From an uncultured Dehalococcoidales bacterium (GTDB lineage Bacteria > Chloroflexota > Dehalococcoidia > GIF9 > AB-539-J10): a DNA stretch of 62,290 nucleotides. Made by a program: the position numbers and the translations under genes. Below are positions 24,796 through 33,083 of the stretch, in pieces; positions within the stretch are counted from its first letter, which is position 1, and the number at the start of each line of letters is the position of its first letter. Location: contig CAZLPP010000003.1 in assembly GCA_964561465.1 (NCBI GenBank), positions 1 through 62,290 on the forward strand. Reading direction: 5' to 3'. Below the pieces are notes generated by a model that was not told where the DNA came from, did not search any database, and saw nothing but the letters and a program-made list of their open reading frames with translations.

Positions 24796-25578
24796 CTAGT
24801 CCTTGTGGAAGTCCGGCTTCCGCTTGTCGATGAAGGCGCTGACGCCCTCTTCCAGGTCCGGGTGGCTCCAGCACTGGGCGAAGCACTGCGTCTCGACCAT
24901 GAGGCCGTTGTCGAGGGATAGGTCGTAGCCGTAGTTCATGGCGAGCTTGGCCATCTTCAGCGCGTGTGACGGCTTCGCGGCCAGCTTCAGCGCGAACTTC
25001 TTCGTCTCCTCCATGAGCTGTGCCGCCGGGAAGATGCGGTTGACGAGGCCTATCTCGTAGGCTCGCTGCGCCGTTATTTGCTCGCCGGCATAGACAAGCT
25101 CCCGCGCAATGCCCAGACCGACAAGCCGGGCGAGCCGCTGCGTGCCGCCCATGCCGGGGATGAGGCCGAGCAGAATCTCGGGCTGGCCGAACTTCGCCGT
25201 GTCCGCGGCGAAACGCATGTCGCAGGCCATGGACATCTCGCAGCCGCCGCCCAGCGCGTACCCGTTGACTGCGGCGATGATGGGCTTGCCCATTGACTCC
25301 ATGATGCGGGCGACGTCGTGCCCTTTCTTCGCGAACGGGAGCATCTCGGGCGCCGTCTTGCCGCGGAACTCCGTGATGTCGGCGCCGGCGACGAAGGCCT
25401 TCTCACCGGAGCCCGTCATGATGATGGCGCGCACATCGGGATTGGCGTCAAGCATCGTGAAGGCGGCGCCAAGCTCTCCCACGGTCTCGAGGTTGAGCGC
25501 GTTCAGCACCTTGGGCCGGTTCACGGTGACGATCGCGATGGGCTTCTGGATATCCACGATGAGGTTCTTGAATTCCAT
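24796..25578 (-). CDS. crt: Enoyl-CoA hydratase (crotonase)
   Basis: VTVNRPKVLNALN, GSGEKAFVAGADI, AAVNGYALGGGCE, FGQPEILLGLIPGMGGTQRL. Confidence 0.85.
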   Translation of the reverse strand: MEFKNLIVDIQKPIAIVTVNRPKVLNALNLETVGELGAAFTMLDANPDVRAIIMTGSGEKAFVAGADITEFRGKTAPEMLPFAKKGHDVARIMESMGKPIIAAVNGYALGGGCEMSMACDMRFAADTAKFGQPEILLGLIPGMGGTQRLARLVGLGIARELVYAGEQITAQRAYEIGLVNRIFPAAQLMEETKKFALKLAAKPSHALKMAKLAMNYGYDLSLDNGLMVETQCFAQCWSHPDLEEGVSAFIDKRKPDFHKD

Positions 25579-25608
25579 CTCTATCCTCCGCTGTTCCTGC
25601 TCGATTCG

Positions 25609-26469
25609 CTACTTCGCCGAGTAGTCGTAGAACCCTCGACCCGACTTCCGACCCAGGTAGCCGGCCGCAACGTACTTCTTCAGCAGCGGGCAGGGCCGGT
25701 ACTTCGAATCGCCGAAGCCATCGTACAGGACGTTCATGACGTGCAGCAGCACGTCGAGGCCGATGAGGTCTGCCAGCTCCAACGGGCCCATCGGGTGGTT
25801 GAAGCCGAGCTTCAGACACGCATCGATGGACTCGACGGTGCCCACGCCCTCGTAGAGGGTGTACATCGCCTCGTTCATCATCGGGACCATGATGCGGTTG
25901 GCGATGAAGCCCGGGAAGTCGTTCGCCTCCACGGGGCTCTTGCCGAGTTTCTCGGCGAGCGCCGCGGTAGCCTTGTACGTCTCCTTGGAGGTGGCGAGGC
26001 CGTTGATGACCTCGACCAGCTTCATGACCGGCGCCGGATTGAAGAAGTGCATGCCGACCACCATGTCGGCCCGCTTCGTGGCGGCGGCGAGCCGCGTTAT
26101 CGGGATGGATGAGGTGTTGGTCGCGATGATGACGCCCGGCCTGCAGGCGGCATCGAGCTTCTTGAAGAGGTCCAGCTTCAGGTCCAGGGTCTCCGTCGCC
26201 GCCTCGATGACGAAGTCGGCGTTCGTCATGTCAGCGACGTCGACGCTGGTCTTGATGCGGCCCAGAACGGCGGTCTTCTGCGCCTCGGTGATGCGTTCCT
26301 TGGCAACCAGTCGGGCGAGGTTCTTGTCGATGGTAGCGAGCCCGCGGTCGACGAACTCCTGTTTGATGTCATTCATGATGACGTTCAGCCCGCCCACATG
26401 GGCGGCAACCTGGGCGATGCCGTTCCCCATGGTGCCAGCACCAATGACTCCAACGGTCTTGATCTCCAT
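25609..26469 (-). CDS. hbd: 3-hydroxybutyryl-CoA dehydrogenase
   Basis: VGVIGAGTMGNGIAQV, NTSSIPIT, HFFNPAPVMKLVEV, GFIANRI, HPMGPLELADLIGLD. Confidence 0.9.
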   Translation of the reverse strand: MEIKTVGVIGAGTMGNGIAQVAAHVGGLNVIMNDIKQEFVDRGLATIDKNLARLVAKERITEAQKTAVLGRIKTSVDVADMTNADFVIEAATETLDLKLDLFKKLDAACRPGVIIATNTSSIPITRLAAATKRADMVVGMHFFNPAPVMKLVEVINGLATSKETYKATAALAEKLGKSPVEANDFPGFIANRIMVPMMNEAMYTLYEGVGTVESIDACLKLGFNHPMGPLELADLIGLDVLLHVMNVLYDGFGDSKYRPCPLLKKYVAAGYLGRKSGRGFYDYSAK

Positions 26470-26517
26470 CGGTCCTCCTTGTGTTATGTCAGGGGCTCTC
26501 CCCGCTTGGCGCGGCTC

Positions 26518-26546
26518 AGTCTACCAGCCGTCCGACGCCAAATCAA
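26518..26546 (-). promoter_or_regulatory. Candidate promoter TTGATT-17nt-TAGACT upstream of hbd
   Basis: On the minus strand, TTGATT is at 26541-26546 and TAGACT at 26518-26523, located between the tRNA-Pro terminator and the hbd RBS. Confidence 0.35.
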
Positions 26547-26599
26547 TACGTACCAATCGTCGCGCGTCCCCTTGCTGGGCGAGGGGGCCAGGGCAAAAG

Positions 26600-26632
26600 A
26601 AGAGGCGGCGCCGTCTCGCGGAGCCGCCTCTT
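26600..26632 (-). terminator. Intrinsic terminator after tRNA-Pro
   Basis: AAGAGGCGGC (26600-26609) / GCCGCCTCTT (26623-26632). On the minus strand it is followed by CTTTTGCCC. Confidence 0.6.
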
Positions 26633-26648
26633 ATGTCGTCGACACGAC

Positions 26649-26724
26649 TGGTCGGGGTGAGAGGACTTGAACCTCCGACCTCATGGTCCCAAACCATGCG
26701 CGCTACCAGCTGCGCCACACCCCG
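26649..26724 (-). tRNA. tRNA-Pro (anticodon UGG), CCA encoded
   Basis: Minus strand: CGGGGTG TGGCGCAGCTGGTAGCGCG CATGG TTTGGGA CCATG AGGTC GGAGG TTCAAGT CCTCT CACCCCG A CCA. Confidence 0.9.
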
Positions 26725-26759
26725 CACTCGCCGTCTCCGGCGAGCATCAGTGTACTACA

Positions 26760-27704
26760 CTACTTCGCCACGGGCTTCGAGCACGCGATCTTGGCCATGA
26801 GCGCCGCGTAGTTCTTGTCCACTGTGGCCTGGATCTTGGCGATGTCATCCGGCTTCAGGTGGCGGAACCGTCCCTGCGTCTTCAGGTATTCGGCGACCGG
26901 CTTGAGTTTCGCCGGATTCACGTTGAGTGTGTACTCGCCGTTCTGAAGCTCCCACAGGGGGAAGACGCCGGTCTCGACGGCCAGCTTGCCGACCTCGACA
27001 GTCATATCAGGGGCCGAACGCCAACCGGTCGGGCAGACCGAGAACACATGGATGTAGGACGGACCGTTGGCCTCCATCGCCTTCTTCACCTTGGCCATGT
27101 AGTCGAAGGGGTAGCTGACGCACGCAGTAGCGACGTAGGGAATGTTGTGCTCGGCCACGATGGCGGGCACGTTCTTCTTCTCCGTCCGCTGGCCTGCGAA
27201 GAGCTTTCCCACCGGCGTTGTGGTGGTCGATGCGCCCCAGGGCGTCGAGCTCGACCGCTGGATACCGGTGTTCATGTACGCTTCATTGTCGCTGCAGAAG
27301 TAGACGATCTTGTGTCCGCGCTCCAGCGTGCCGGAGAGAGAACCAAGGCCGATGTCCGCAGTCCCGCCGTCGCCCGCGAAGCAGACGACGTTGATCTTGC
27401 GGGGCGCCATCTTGCCCTTCTCCTGCAGGATGTTGAAACCAGCGTCGATGCCACCGGCAACCGGTGAGACGTTCTCAAACAGGGTCTGCATCCACGTCAC
27501 TTTCCACGCCGCATCGGGGTAGGACGAGCCCACGCCGGACCAGCAGCTGGCCGGGGTGAGGCAGATAGTGTCCTTGCCGAAGACTTTCAGGGCAAGCCTG
27601 ATGTTGATGGCGAGACCGCATCCCTGGCACGCCCTGTGGCCGGACGAGAGCAACTCATCCTTGGTGACAAGGTTCTTACCGAACTTGACGAATTCACCTT
27701 CCAT
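26760..27704 (-). CDS. 2-oxoacid:ferredoxin oxidoreductase, beta (TPP-binding) subunit, copy 1
   Basis: GHRACQGCG, FAGDGGTADIGLGSLSG, DNEAYMNTGIQRS. POR/VOR/KOR specificity cannot be resolved by eye. Confidence 0.85.
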   Translation of the reverse strand: MEGEFVKFGKNLVTKDELLSSGHRACQGCGLAINIRLALKVFGKDTICLTPASCWSGVGSSYPDAAWKVTWMQTLFENVSPVAGGIDAGFNILQEKGKMAPRKINVVCFAGDGGTADIGLGSLSGTLERGHKIVYFCSDNEAYMNTGIQRSSSTPWGASTTTTPVGKLFAGQRTEKKNVPAIVAEHNIPYVATACVSYPFDYMAKVKKAMEANGPSYIHVFSVCPTGWRSAPDMTVEVGKLAVETGVFPLWELQNGEYTLNVNPAKLKPVAEYLKTQGRFRHLKPDDIAKIQATVDKNYAALMAKIACSKPVAK

Positions 27705-27710
27705 AGTTGG

Positions 27711-28886
27711 TTACCCCCTTATGCCGACGGTCTCGACCATCTCCTGGTGTCCGCTCTTGCAGATGGCGTTGCCGCGGTCGATGACTTCCTCGAACTCCGC
27801 GACCTCAAGGTTCCGTCCGCAGAACGCACCAAGGATGCCCGCGGCCTTCATGTTCTTGTGGCTGTCGAAGAGGGCTGCCTTGATCTCGCCGATGATGGGG
27901 CCGGTAGGTCCGCCCAGCGTCGGCGCCCGGTCGAAGATGACGATATTGTCAGCGCCCGCGACTGCCTTGGAGAGGTCCTCGAACGGGAACGGCCGCCACA
28001 GGTGGAGCGTGAGGAGTCCGACCTTCTCGCCCTGCGCACGCTTGTGGTCGATGGCGTCTTTCGCCGTCTCGCTGAGGCCGCCGGTCACCACGAGAAGAGT
28101 CTTGGCGCCCTCGGTCTTGTAGCTGTCGATCGGATTGTGGTACCGGCCGAACCGCTTGCCGAAGTCGTTCCAGACTTCCTTGATGACGGGAAGAGTCCCT
28201 CGAATGCCGATATCCTGTGCCTTCTTGATCTCGGAGTACGTTGCAGGGGTCGCGATGGTTCCGTAGAGCGTGGGATTGTCCACGTCGAACGGGTACGGAT
28301 GCTTGTAGGGGGGCAGGAAGGCATCGACTTCCTTCTGTTCGGGGAGGATCACCGGCTCGGTGACGTGCGACAGTGTGAACCCGTCCATGTGCACCATGAA
28401 GGGCAGCAGGACGCGCGCGTCTTCTGCGATGCGGAAAGCGGACAGCGTGAAGTCGAAGATCTCCTGGTTATTCGCTGCAAAGACCTGCAACCAGCCGGTC
28501 GAAGTCGCGCTCATCGCGTCGGAGTAGTCTCCCCAGATGTTGGCCGGCAGGCCGACGGCGCGGTTGGACACCACCATGACCACCGGAAGCCTCAAACCGG
28601 ACACGAAGTACAGTACCTCGTGCATCAGGAAGAAGCCCTGCGAGGCGGTCGCGGTGAAGGTACGCGCGCCCGCGCCGGATGCGCCCCAGCAGGCGCTCAG
28701 CGCCGAGTGCTCCGACTCAACGGGAATGAATGCGGCCTTGAGCTCACCGTTGTTGATGAACTCGGCCATGCGTTCGATAACATGTGTCTGCGGCGTGATG
28801 GGGTATGCGGCAACCACATCGACATCCGCCATTTTCGCTGCTTCAGCCGCAGCAAAGGAACCTTCCAGCGGAACTCGTCTGCTCAT
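27711..28886 (-). CDS. 2-oxoacid:ferredoxin oxidoreductase, alpha subunit, copy 1
   Basis: AAYPITPQT, ESEHSALSACWGASGAGARTFTATASQG. Its ATG shares one base with the delta stop (TAATG). Confidence 0.85.
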   Translation of the reverse strand: MSRRVPLEGSFAAAEAAKMADVDVVAAYPITPQTHVIERMAEFINNGELKAAFIPVESEHSALSACWGASGAGARTFTATASQGFFLMHEVLYFVSGLRLPVVMVVSNRAVGLPANIWGDYSDAMSATSTGWLQVFAANNQEIFDFTLSAFRIAEDARVLLPFMVHMDGFTLSHVTEPVILPEQKEVDAFLPPYKHPYPFDVDNPTLYGTIATPATYSEIKKAQDIGIRGTLPVIKEVWNDFGKRFGRYHNPIDSYKTEGAKTLLVVTGGLSETAKDAIDHKRAQGEKVGLLTLHLWRPFPFEDLSKAVAGADNIVIFDRAPTLGGPTGPIIGEIKAALFDSHKNMKAAGILGAFCGRNLEVAEFEEVIDRGNAICKSGHQEMVETVGIRG

Positions 28887-29191
28887 TAGGCTCCCTCCTC
28901 AACCATTGTGATTGCGTTCTTCGGGCAGGCGCGCACGCAGATGCCGCAACCCTTGCAGTAGAAGAGATTGGCCTCATACGTACCGTCCTTGTTCTGTACG
29001 ACGGCCGCATCCGGGCAAAGAAGCCAGCACATGCCGCACTTGATGCACTTGCTCTTGTCCACCACGGGCCGATCGGTCCGCCAGTCGCCGGTCCTGTATT
29101 CCTTGGCGCCCCCACAGTACGGGAGGATATTGCCGAAGCTCGCCTCCTGCCAGGTCGGGAGGTCGTTCGGCCGCACTTGATTCTTTGCCAT
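28886..29191 (-). CDS. 2-oxoacid:ferredoxin oxidoreductase, delta (2x[4Fe-4S]) subunit, copy 1
   Basis: CIKCGMCWLLCPD and CKGCGICVRACP motifs in a 101-aa protein. Confidence 0.85.
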   Translation of the reverse strand: MAKNQVRPNDLPTWQEASFGNILPYCGGAKEYRTGDWRTDRPVVDKSKCIKCGMCWLLCPDAAVVQNKDGTYEANLFYCKGCGICVRACPKNAITMVEEGA

Positions 29192-29194
29192 CTG

Positions 29195-29752
29195 CTAAGC
29201 CTCCATGTCGAGCTCGTTGTACGCTCGTGTCATCGCTGCGATATTCCCCGCCGCCTTGTCCCCAAACCGCTCCTTCAGCCGCTCTTCCAGGGATTCCATC
29301 TTGACGGCTTTGATGACTTTGTTCAGAGCTCCCATCATCGCCGTGTTGGAAATCGTCAGCTTGATGGTCTCGCGCGCGATCTTCGTTCCATCGACCGTCG
29401 CGACCTTCCACTTGAAGTTGTACTTCTTCTTGAGTTCCTTGGCGCTGAGAGGCGAATTGACGATGACCGTTCCCTTGTCTTTGAGGCCGACGGTCACATC
29501 GATCTGGTCCAGAAGCTTGGGGTCAACCACAACGAGGATGTCCGGCTTGGTGATGTCCGTCCGCACCCTGATGAACTCATCGCTGATTCTCAGGTATGCG
29601 GTTACCGGGGCGCCACGTCGCTCAGGTCCGAAGCTGGGGAACGACTGTGCGAATCTCCCCTCATCGATGACTGCTGCGGCGAAGAGCTCTGCCGACGTCA
29701 CGGAGCCCATTCCGCCTCGTCCATGCCACCTCACCTCAAGCATCTCAGGCAT
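29195..29752 (-). CDS. 2-oxoacid:ferredoxin oxidoreductase, gamma subunit, copy 1
   Basis: LEVRWHGRGGMGSVTSAELFA...SFPSFGPERRGAPV. Confidence 0.85.
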   Translation of the reverse strand: MPEMLEVRWHGRGGMGSVTSAELFAAAVIDEGRFAQSFPSFGPERRGAPVTAYLRISDEFIRVRTDITKPDILVVVDPKLLDQIDVTVGLKDKGTVIVNSPLSAKELKKKYNFKWKVATVDGTKIARETIKLTISNTAMMGALNKVIKAVKMESLEERLKERFGDKAAGNIAAMTRAYNELDMEA

Positions 29753-29923
29753 AGCACGATACCTCCTTACTGTGACTGTTGGAATGACGCAAGCACGAGA
29801 GCGGGATCAATGCGGTGATATTGGTGTTGCGGAGGCGAACGAAAGAGCACGACAGGACCCGGACCATCCGCAAACATCCTGCGCGTATGTTACCACAAGC
29901 CGCCGTCGCCAACCTAGTTGCAG

Positions 29924-30862
29924 CTACGCCGCCGGGAAGTGCGCTACCTTCTCCTTCAGTCTGGCGTACTCAAGATTCACGCGCTCCTGGATCTTCCCGA
30001 TCTCGTCCGGAGACAGATGCCGGAACCGGCCCTGCGCCTTGAGGTACTGCTCCACCGGCTTCAGCTTCGGAGCGTCCACATTCAGACGGTAGCGGCCGTT
30101 CTCTATCTCGTAGAGAGGGAAGACGCCGGTCTCGACCGCGAGCTTGCCTACAGCGATGGTGTCGCGGGACGGCGTCCGCCAGCCCGTAGGGCATACCGTG
30201 TGCACGTGGATGTAGGCGGGGCCCTTGACCTCGACGCCCTTCTTGACCTTGTTCATCAGGTCGAACGGGTAGCTCGGGCACGCGGTGGCAGCGTACGGGA
30301 TGCCGTGCGCTGCGAAGATCTCGACGAGGTTCTTCTTCTGTGTGCTCTGGCCGATGCTCAGTTTGCCCGCGGGCGCGGTGGTGGTTGAGGCTCCGTACGG
30401 CGTGGCGCTGGAGCGCTGGATGCCGGTGTTCATGTACGCCTCGTTGTCCCAGCAAACGTACAGGAAGTCGTGGCCCCGCTCGAAGGCGCCGGAGAGCGAC
30501 TGCAGGCCGATGTCGCTCGTGCCTCCGTCCCCGCCCATGGCGACGAACTTTATCTCACGCTCGGGCATCTTGCCCTTGCGCATCATCGCCTTGATGCCGG
30601 CCTCGACGCCGGACATCTCGGCCCCGGTGTTCTCAAAAAGCGTATGGAGCCAGGGAAGCCGCCACGACGTCACGGGCAGCGGCGAAGTGCAGACCTCATC
30701 GCACCCGGTAGCCATCGCGATGATGGTGTTCTCTCCCAGTGCCTTGCACACGAGCCGGATGGCGAGCGCCTCGCCACAGCCGGTACAGAATGTGTGCCCC
30801 GGGGCAAGGTACTCCCTGGCGTCTATCTGGTACTTGCCGACCTTCACGAAGTCGCCTGCCAT
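29924..30862 (-). CDS. 2-oxoacid:ferredoxin oxidoreductase, beta subunit, copy 2
   Basis: GHTFCTGCG, MGGDGGTSDIGLQSLSG, DNEAYMNTGIQRS. A clear paralogue of 26760-27704, not an identical copy. Confidence 0.85.
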   Translation of the reverse strand: MAGDFVKVGKYQIDAREYLAPGHTFCTGCGEALAIRLVCKALGENTIIAMATGCDEVCTSPLPVTSWRLPWLHTLFENTGAEMSGVEAGIKAMMRKGKMPEREIKFVAMGGDGGTSDIGLQSLSGAFERGHDFLYVCWDNEAYMNTGIQRSSATPYGASTTTAPAGKLSIGQSTQKKNLVEIFAAHGIPYAATACPSYPFDLMNKVKKGVEVKGPAYIHVHTVCPTGWRTPSRDTIAVGKLAVETGVFPLYEIENGRYRLNVDAPKLKPVEQYLKAQGRFRHLSPDEIGKIQERVNLEYARLKEKVAHFPAA

Positions 30863-30865
30863 GCC

Positions 30866-32068
30866 TTACCCCCTTACTCCGGTGCCGGTTGCCAGACCGC
30901 GAATCTGCAGCGGCTCGTACAGGCAGTCCGTGCCCGTCTTTGCCAGCTCCTGGCCCCGGTCGATCATGTACTCGAATGCCGCATCGTCGACTTCCCTGCC
31001 GCCGACTCCAGCTACAAAGCTGACGACCTTCGGCCTGTCGTCCAGGTCGAACAGCGCCGACTTCAGCTCGGAGACGAGCGGACCGCCCGGTCCTCCGAAC
31101 GAGAGACAGCGGTCGACGACCACGAGAGTCTTGACACCTTTCACGGCCTTGCGGAAGTCTGCGAACGGGAAGGGGCGCCAGAGCCGCAGGTTGAGGTGAC
31201 CCACCGCCTCGCCCTTCGCTCGCTTCGCATCCACAACCATCTTCGCGGTTTCACCGAGGCTGCCCATCGTGACGAGCAGCGTCGTCGCACCCTCGGCCTT
31301 ATACGTCTCGACGGCCTGGTAGTGCCGTCCGAACGCCTCGCCCAGCTCCTTCCAGCCCTGGTCGATGACCGAACGGGACTCGCGCAGCGCCAACTCCTGG
31401 GCGTACTTCACCTCGAAGTAGATGTCCGGCGGGCCGAAGCAACCGTGCGAGGTCGGCGTTTCGGGCCGCAGCGCGAGGCGGTAGTCGTACCTGGGGATGA
31501 AGGCGGCCGCATCCTTCGGGTCAGGGAGAACGAGCGGCTCAGTTACGTGCGAGAGGATGAACCCATCGAGGTGGACCATCGTCGGGAACATGACCTTAGG
31601 GTCCTCAGCGACGCGGAAGGCCCAGAGTGTCATGTCGAAGGCCTCCTGGTTGTTCTGGCAGAAGACCTGGATCCAGCCGACGTCGCGGCACGCCATCACG
31701 TCCGAATGGTCGCACCAGATGTTGATGGGCGCCGACAGTGTGCGGTTGCAGACAGCCATGACGATTGGGTACCGGTGCGACGAGGCGATGTAGAGCGCTT
31801 CGTGCATCAGCTCCAGCCCCTGGCCGGCGGTCGTGGTGAAGGAGCGGGCCCCGACGGCGGCCGCTCCGAGCACCGCGCTCATGGCCGAGTGCTCGGACTC
31901 GACCGGCACGTAGGCGGCATCGAGGTCGCCTTCGGCGACCATCTCGGCCAGCCGCTCCGGTATGTGCGTCTGGGGGGTGATGGGATATGCCGCGATGAGG
32001 TCCACGTCCGCCATCTTCACGGCTTCCGCGACGGCGTGGGAGGCTTCAAGAACGACGCGTTTGCTCAT
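30866..32068 (-). CDS. 2-oxoacid:ferredoxin oxidoreductase, alpha subunit, copy 2
   Basis: MSKRVVLEASHAVAEAVKMADVDLIAAYPITPQT... The ATG at 32068 overlaps the delta stop (ATGA). The track start at 32230 would overlap the delta gene. Confidence 0.85.
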   Translation of the reverse strand: MSKRVVLEASHAVAEAVKMADVDLIAAYPITPQTHIPERLAEMVAEGDLDAAYVPVESEHSAMSAVLGAAAVGARSFTTTAGQGLELMHEALYIASSHRYPIVMAVCNRTLSAPINIWCDHSDVMACRDVGWIQVFCQNNQEAFDMTLWAFRVAEDPKVMFPTMVHLDGFILSHVTEPLVLPDPKDAAAFIPRYDYRLALRPETPTSHGCFGPPDIYFEVKYAQELALRESRSVIDQGWKELGEAFGRHYQAVETYKAEGATTLLVTMGSLGETAKMVVDAKRAKGEAVGHLNLRLWRPFPFADFRKAVKGVKTLVVVDRCLSFGGPGGPLVSELKSALFDLDDRPKVVSFVAGVGGREVDDAAFEYMIDRGQELAKTGTDCLYEPLQIRGLATGTGVRG

Positions 32069-32373
32069 TTCTCCACCTCTTCGTTCATCGTGATGGCAGC
32101 CTTGGGGCAGATGGCTGCACAGATGCCGCAGCCTTTGCAGTGGAACAGATCCGGCTCGAAGTAGCCGTTGTCCAGAGGCGTGACGGCCGCGTCCGGGCAA
32201 TGCAGCCAGCACAGGCCGCACTTGATACACTTGGCCCTGTCGACGACCGGCCGTTCAGTGCGCCAGTCGCCGGTCTTCTTGAAGACGCTGCTGCCGGGTT
32301 CGGTAACGATGGCGCCCAGCTCCAGGTCGTTCCAGGGGACTTCTCCGGGCAGCTTGTAACCCTTCATTGCCAT
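32065..32373 (-). CDS. 2-oxoacid:ferredoxin oxidoreductase, delta subunit, copy 2
   Basis: CIKCGLCWLHCPD and CKGCGICAAICP. Confidence 0.85.
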   Translation of the reverse strand: MAMKGYKLPGEVPWNDLELGAIVTEPGSSVFKKTGDWRTERPVVDRAKCIKCGLCWLHCPDAAVTPLDNGYFEPDLFHCKGCGICAAICPKAAITMNEEVEK

Positions 32374-32377
32374 CGCG

Positions 32378-32935
32378 CTACTCCTTGATCACCACTTCGT
32401 TGTAGGCGCGTTCCATCGCCTTGAAGTTCGCGTCCGCCCGCAAGCCGAAGCGCTCCTTGAGCTCCTCGCGAAGCTCCTCCAGTTCCACCACGGGCCTGAC
32501 TCTCACGAAGGCGCCGATCATGGCGGTGTTCGTGATTGGCACGCCGATGGTCTCCCGGGCGATGCGGGTGGCGTCGACGGCGGCCACAGGCCACTTGAAA
32601 CCGAAATCAGCCTTCAGCTTCTCGGGGGTCTTGATGGAGTTGACGATGACGACACCGTTATCCTTGAGCCCGCTCGTGACGTCGACGACGCCGAGAAGTC
32701 GGGGGTCGATGACGACGACGACGTCAGGGGTGCTGATGTTGGTTCGGCTGCGGATGAACTGGTCACTGATGCGAAGGAAGGCTACGACCGGGGCCCCTCG
32801 TCTTTCGGGGCCGAAGCTGGGGAATGATTGTGTGAACTTTCCGTTGCTCGCTGCGGAACGGGCGAGAAGCTCGGCCGAGGTCACTGCTCCCAGTCCACCT
32901 CTGCCGTGCCACCTCACCTCAAGCAGTTCAGACAT
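32378..32935 (-). CDS. 2-oxoacid:ferredoxin oxidoreductase, gamma subunit, copy 2
   Basis: LEVRWHGRGGLGAVTSAELLA...SFPSFGPERRGAPV. AAGGAGG RBS lies in the 28-nt gap after tRNA-Arg. Confidence 0.85.
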   Translation of the reverse strand: MSELLEVRWHGRGGLGAVTSAELLARSAASNGKFTQSFPSFGPERRGAPVVAFLRISDQFIRSRTNISTPDVVVVIDPRLLGVVDVTSGLKDNGVVIVNSIKTPEKLKADFGFKWPVAAVDATRIARETIGVPITNTAMIGAFVRVRPVVELEELREELKERFGLRADANFKAMERAYNEVVIKE

Positions 32936-32963
32936 GGAGACCTCCTTGAAGTGTGGGGGAACG

Positions 32964-33035
32964 TACCCCTGAAGGGACTCGAACCCTTGCCACTGGCTCC
33001 GGAGGCCAGTGCTCTATCCACTGAGCTACAGGGGC
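32964..33035 (-). tRNA. tRNA-Arg (anticodon CCG), CCA not encoded
   Basis: Minus strand: GCCCCTG TA GCTC AGTGGATA GAGC A CTGGC CTCCGGA GCCAG TGGC AAGGG TTCGAGT CCCTT CAGGGGT A. There is a G1-U72 wobble at the top of the acceptor stem. The following bases are CGT. Confidence 0.85.
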
Positions 33036-33045
33036 CACTCGGCGT

Positions 33046-33074
33046 AGTGTACCACCCACGCTTGGGCGAGGCAA
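33046..33074 (-). promoter_or_regulatory. Candidate promoter TTGCCT-17nt-TACACT immediately upstream of tRNA-Arg
   Basis: On the minus strand, TTGCCT is at 33069-33074 and TACACT at 33046-33051. The predicted start is a few nt before the tRNA 5' end (33035). Confidence 0.4.
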
Positions 33075-33083
33075 CAACTGCGT

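Noticed and set aside
30470-32164. Very long ORFs antisense to well-supported genes. Examples: 30470..32164 (+, 564 aa), 27636..28889 (+), 41171..42454 (+), 42249..43727 (+), 45666..46712 (+), 47492..48493 (+), 35857..37173 (-), 49185..50336 (-), 10109..11065 (-), 16025..16978 (+), 17256..18062 (-), 1027..2010 (-).
   Set aside because: Their translations are R/G/A/D/H-rich and lack any recognisable motif. The opposite strand encodes proteins with unambiguous family signatures and strong C/G third-position bias. Long stop-free antisense frames are an expected artefact of GC-rich coding DNA.
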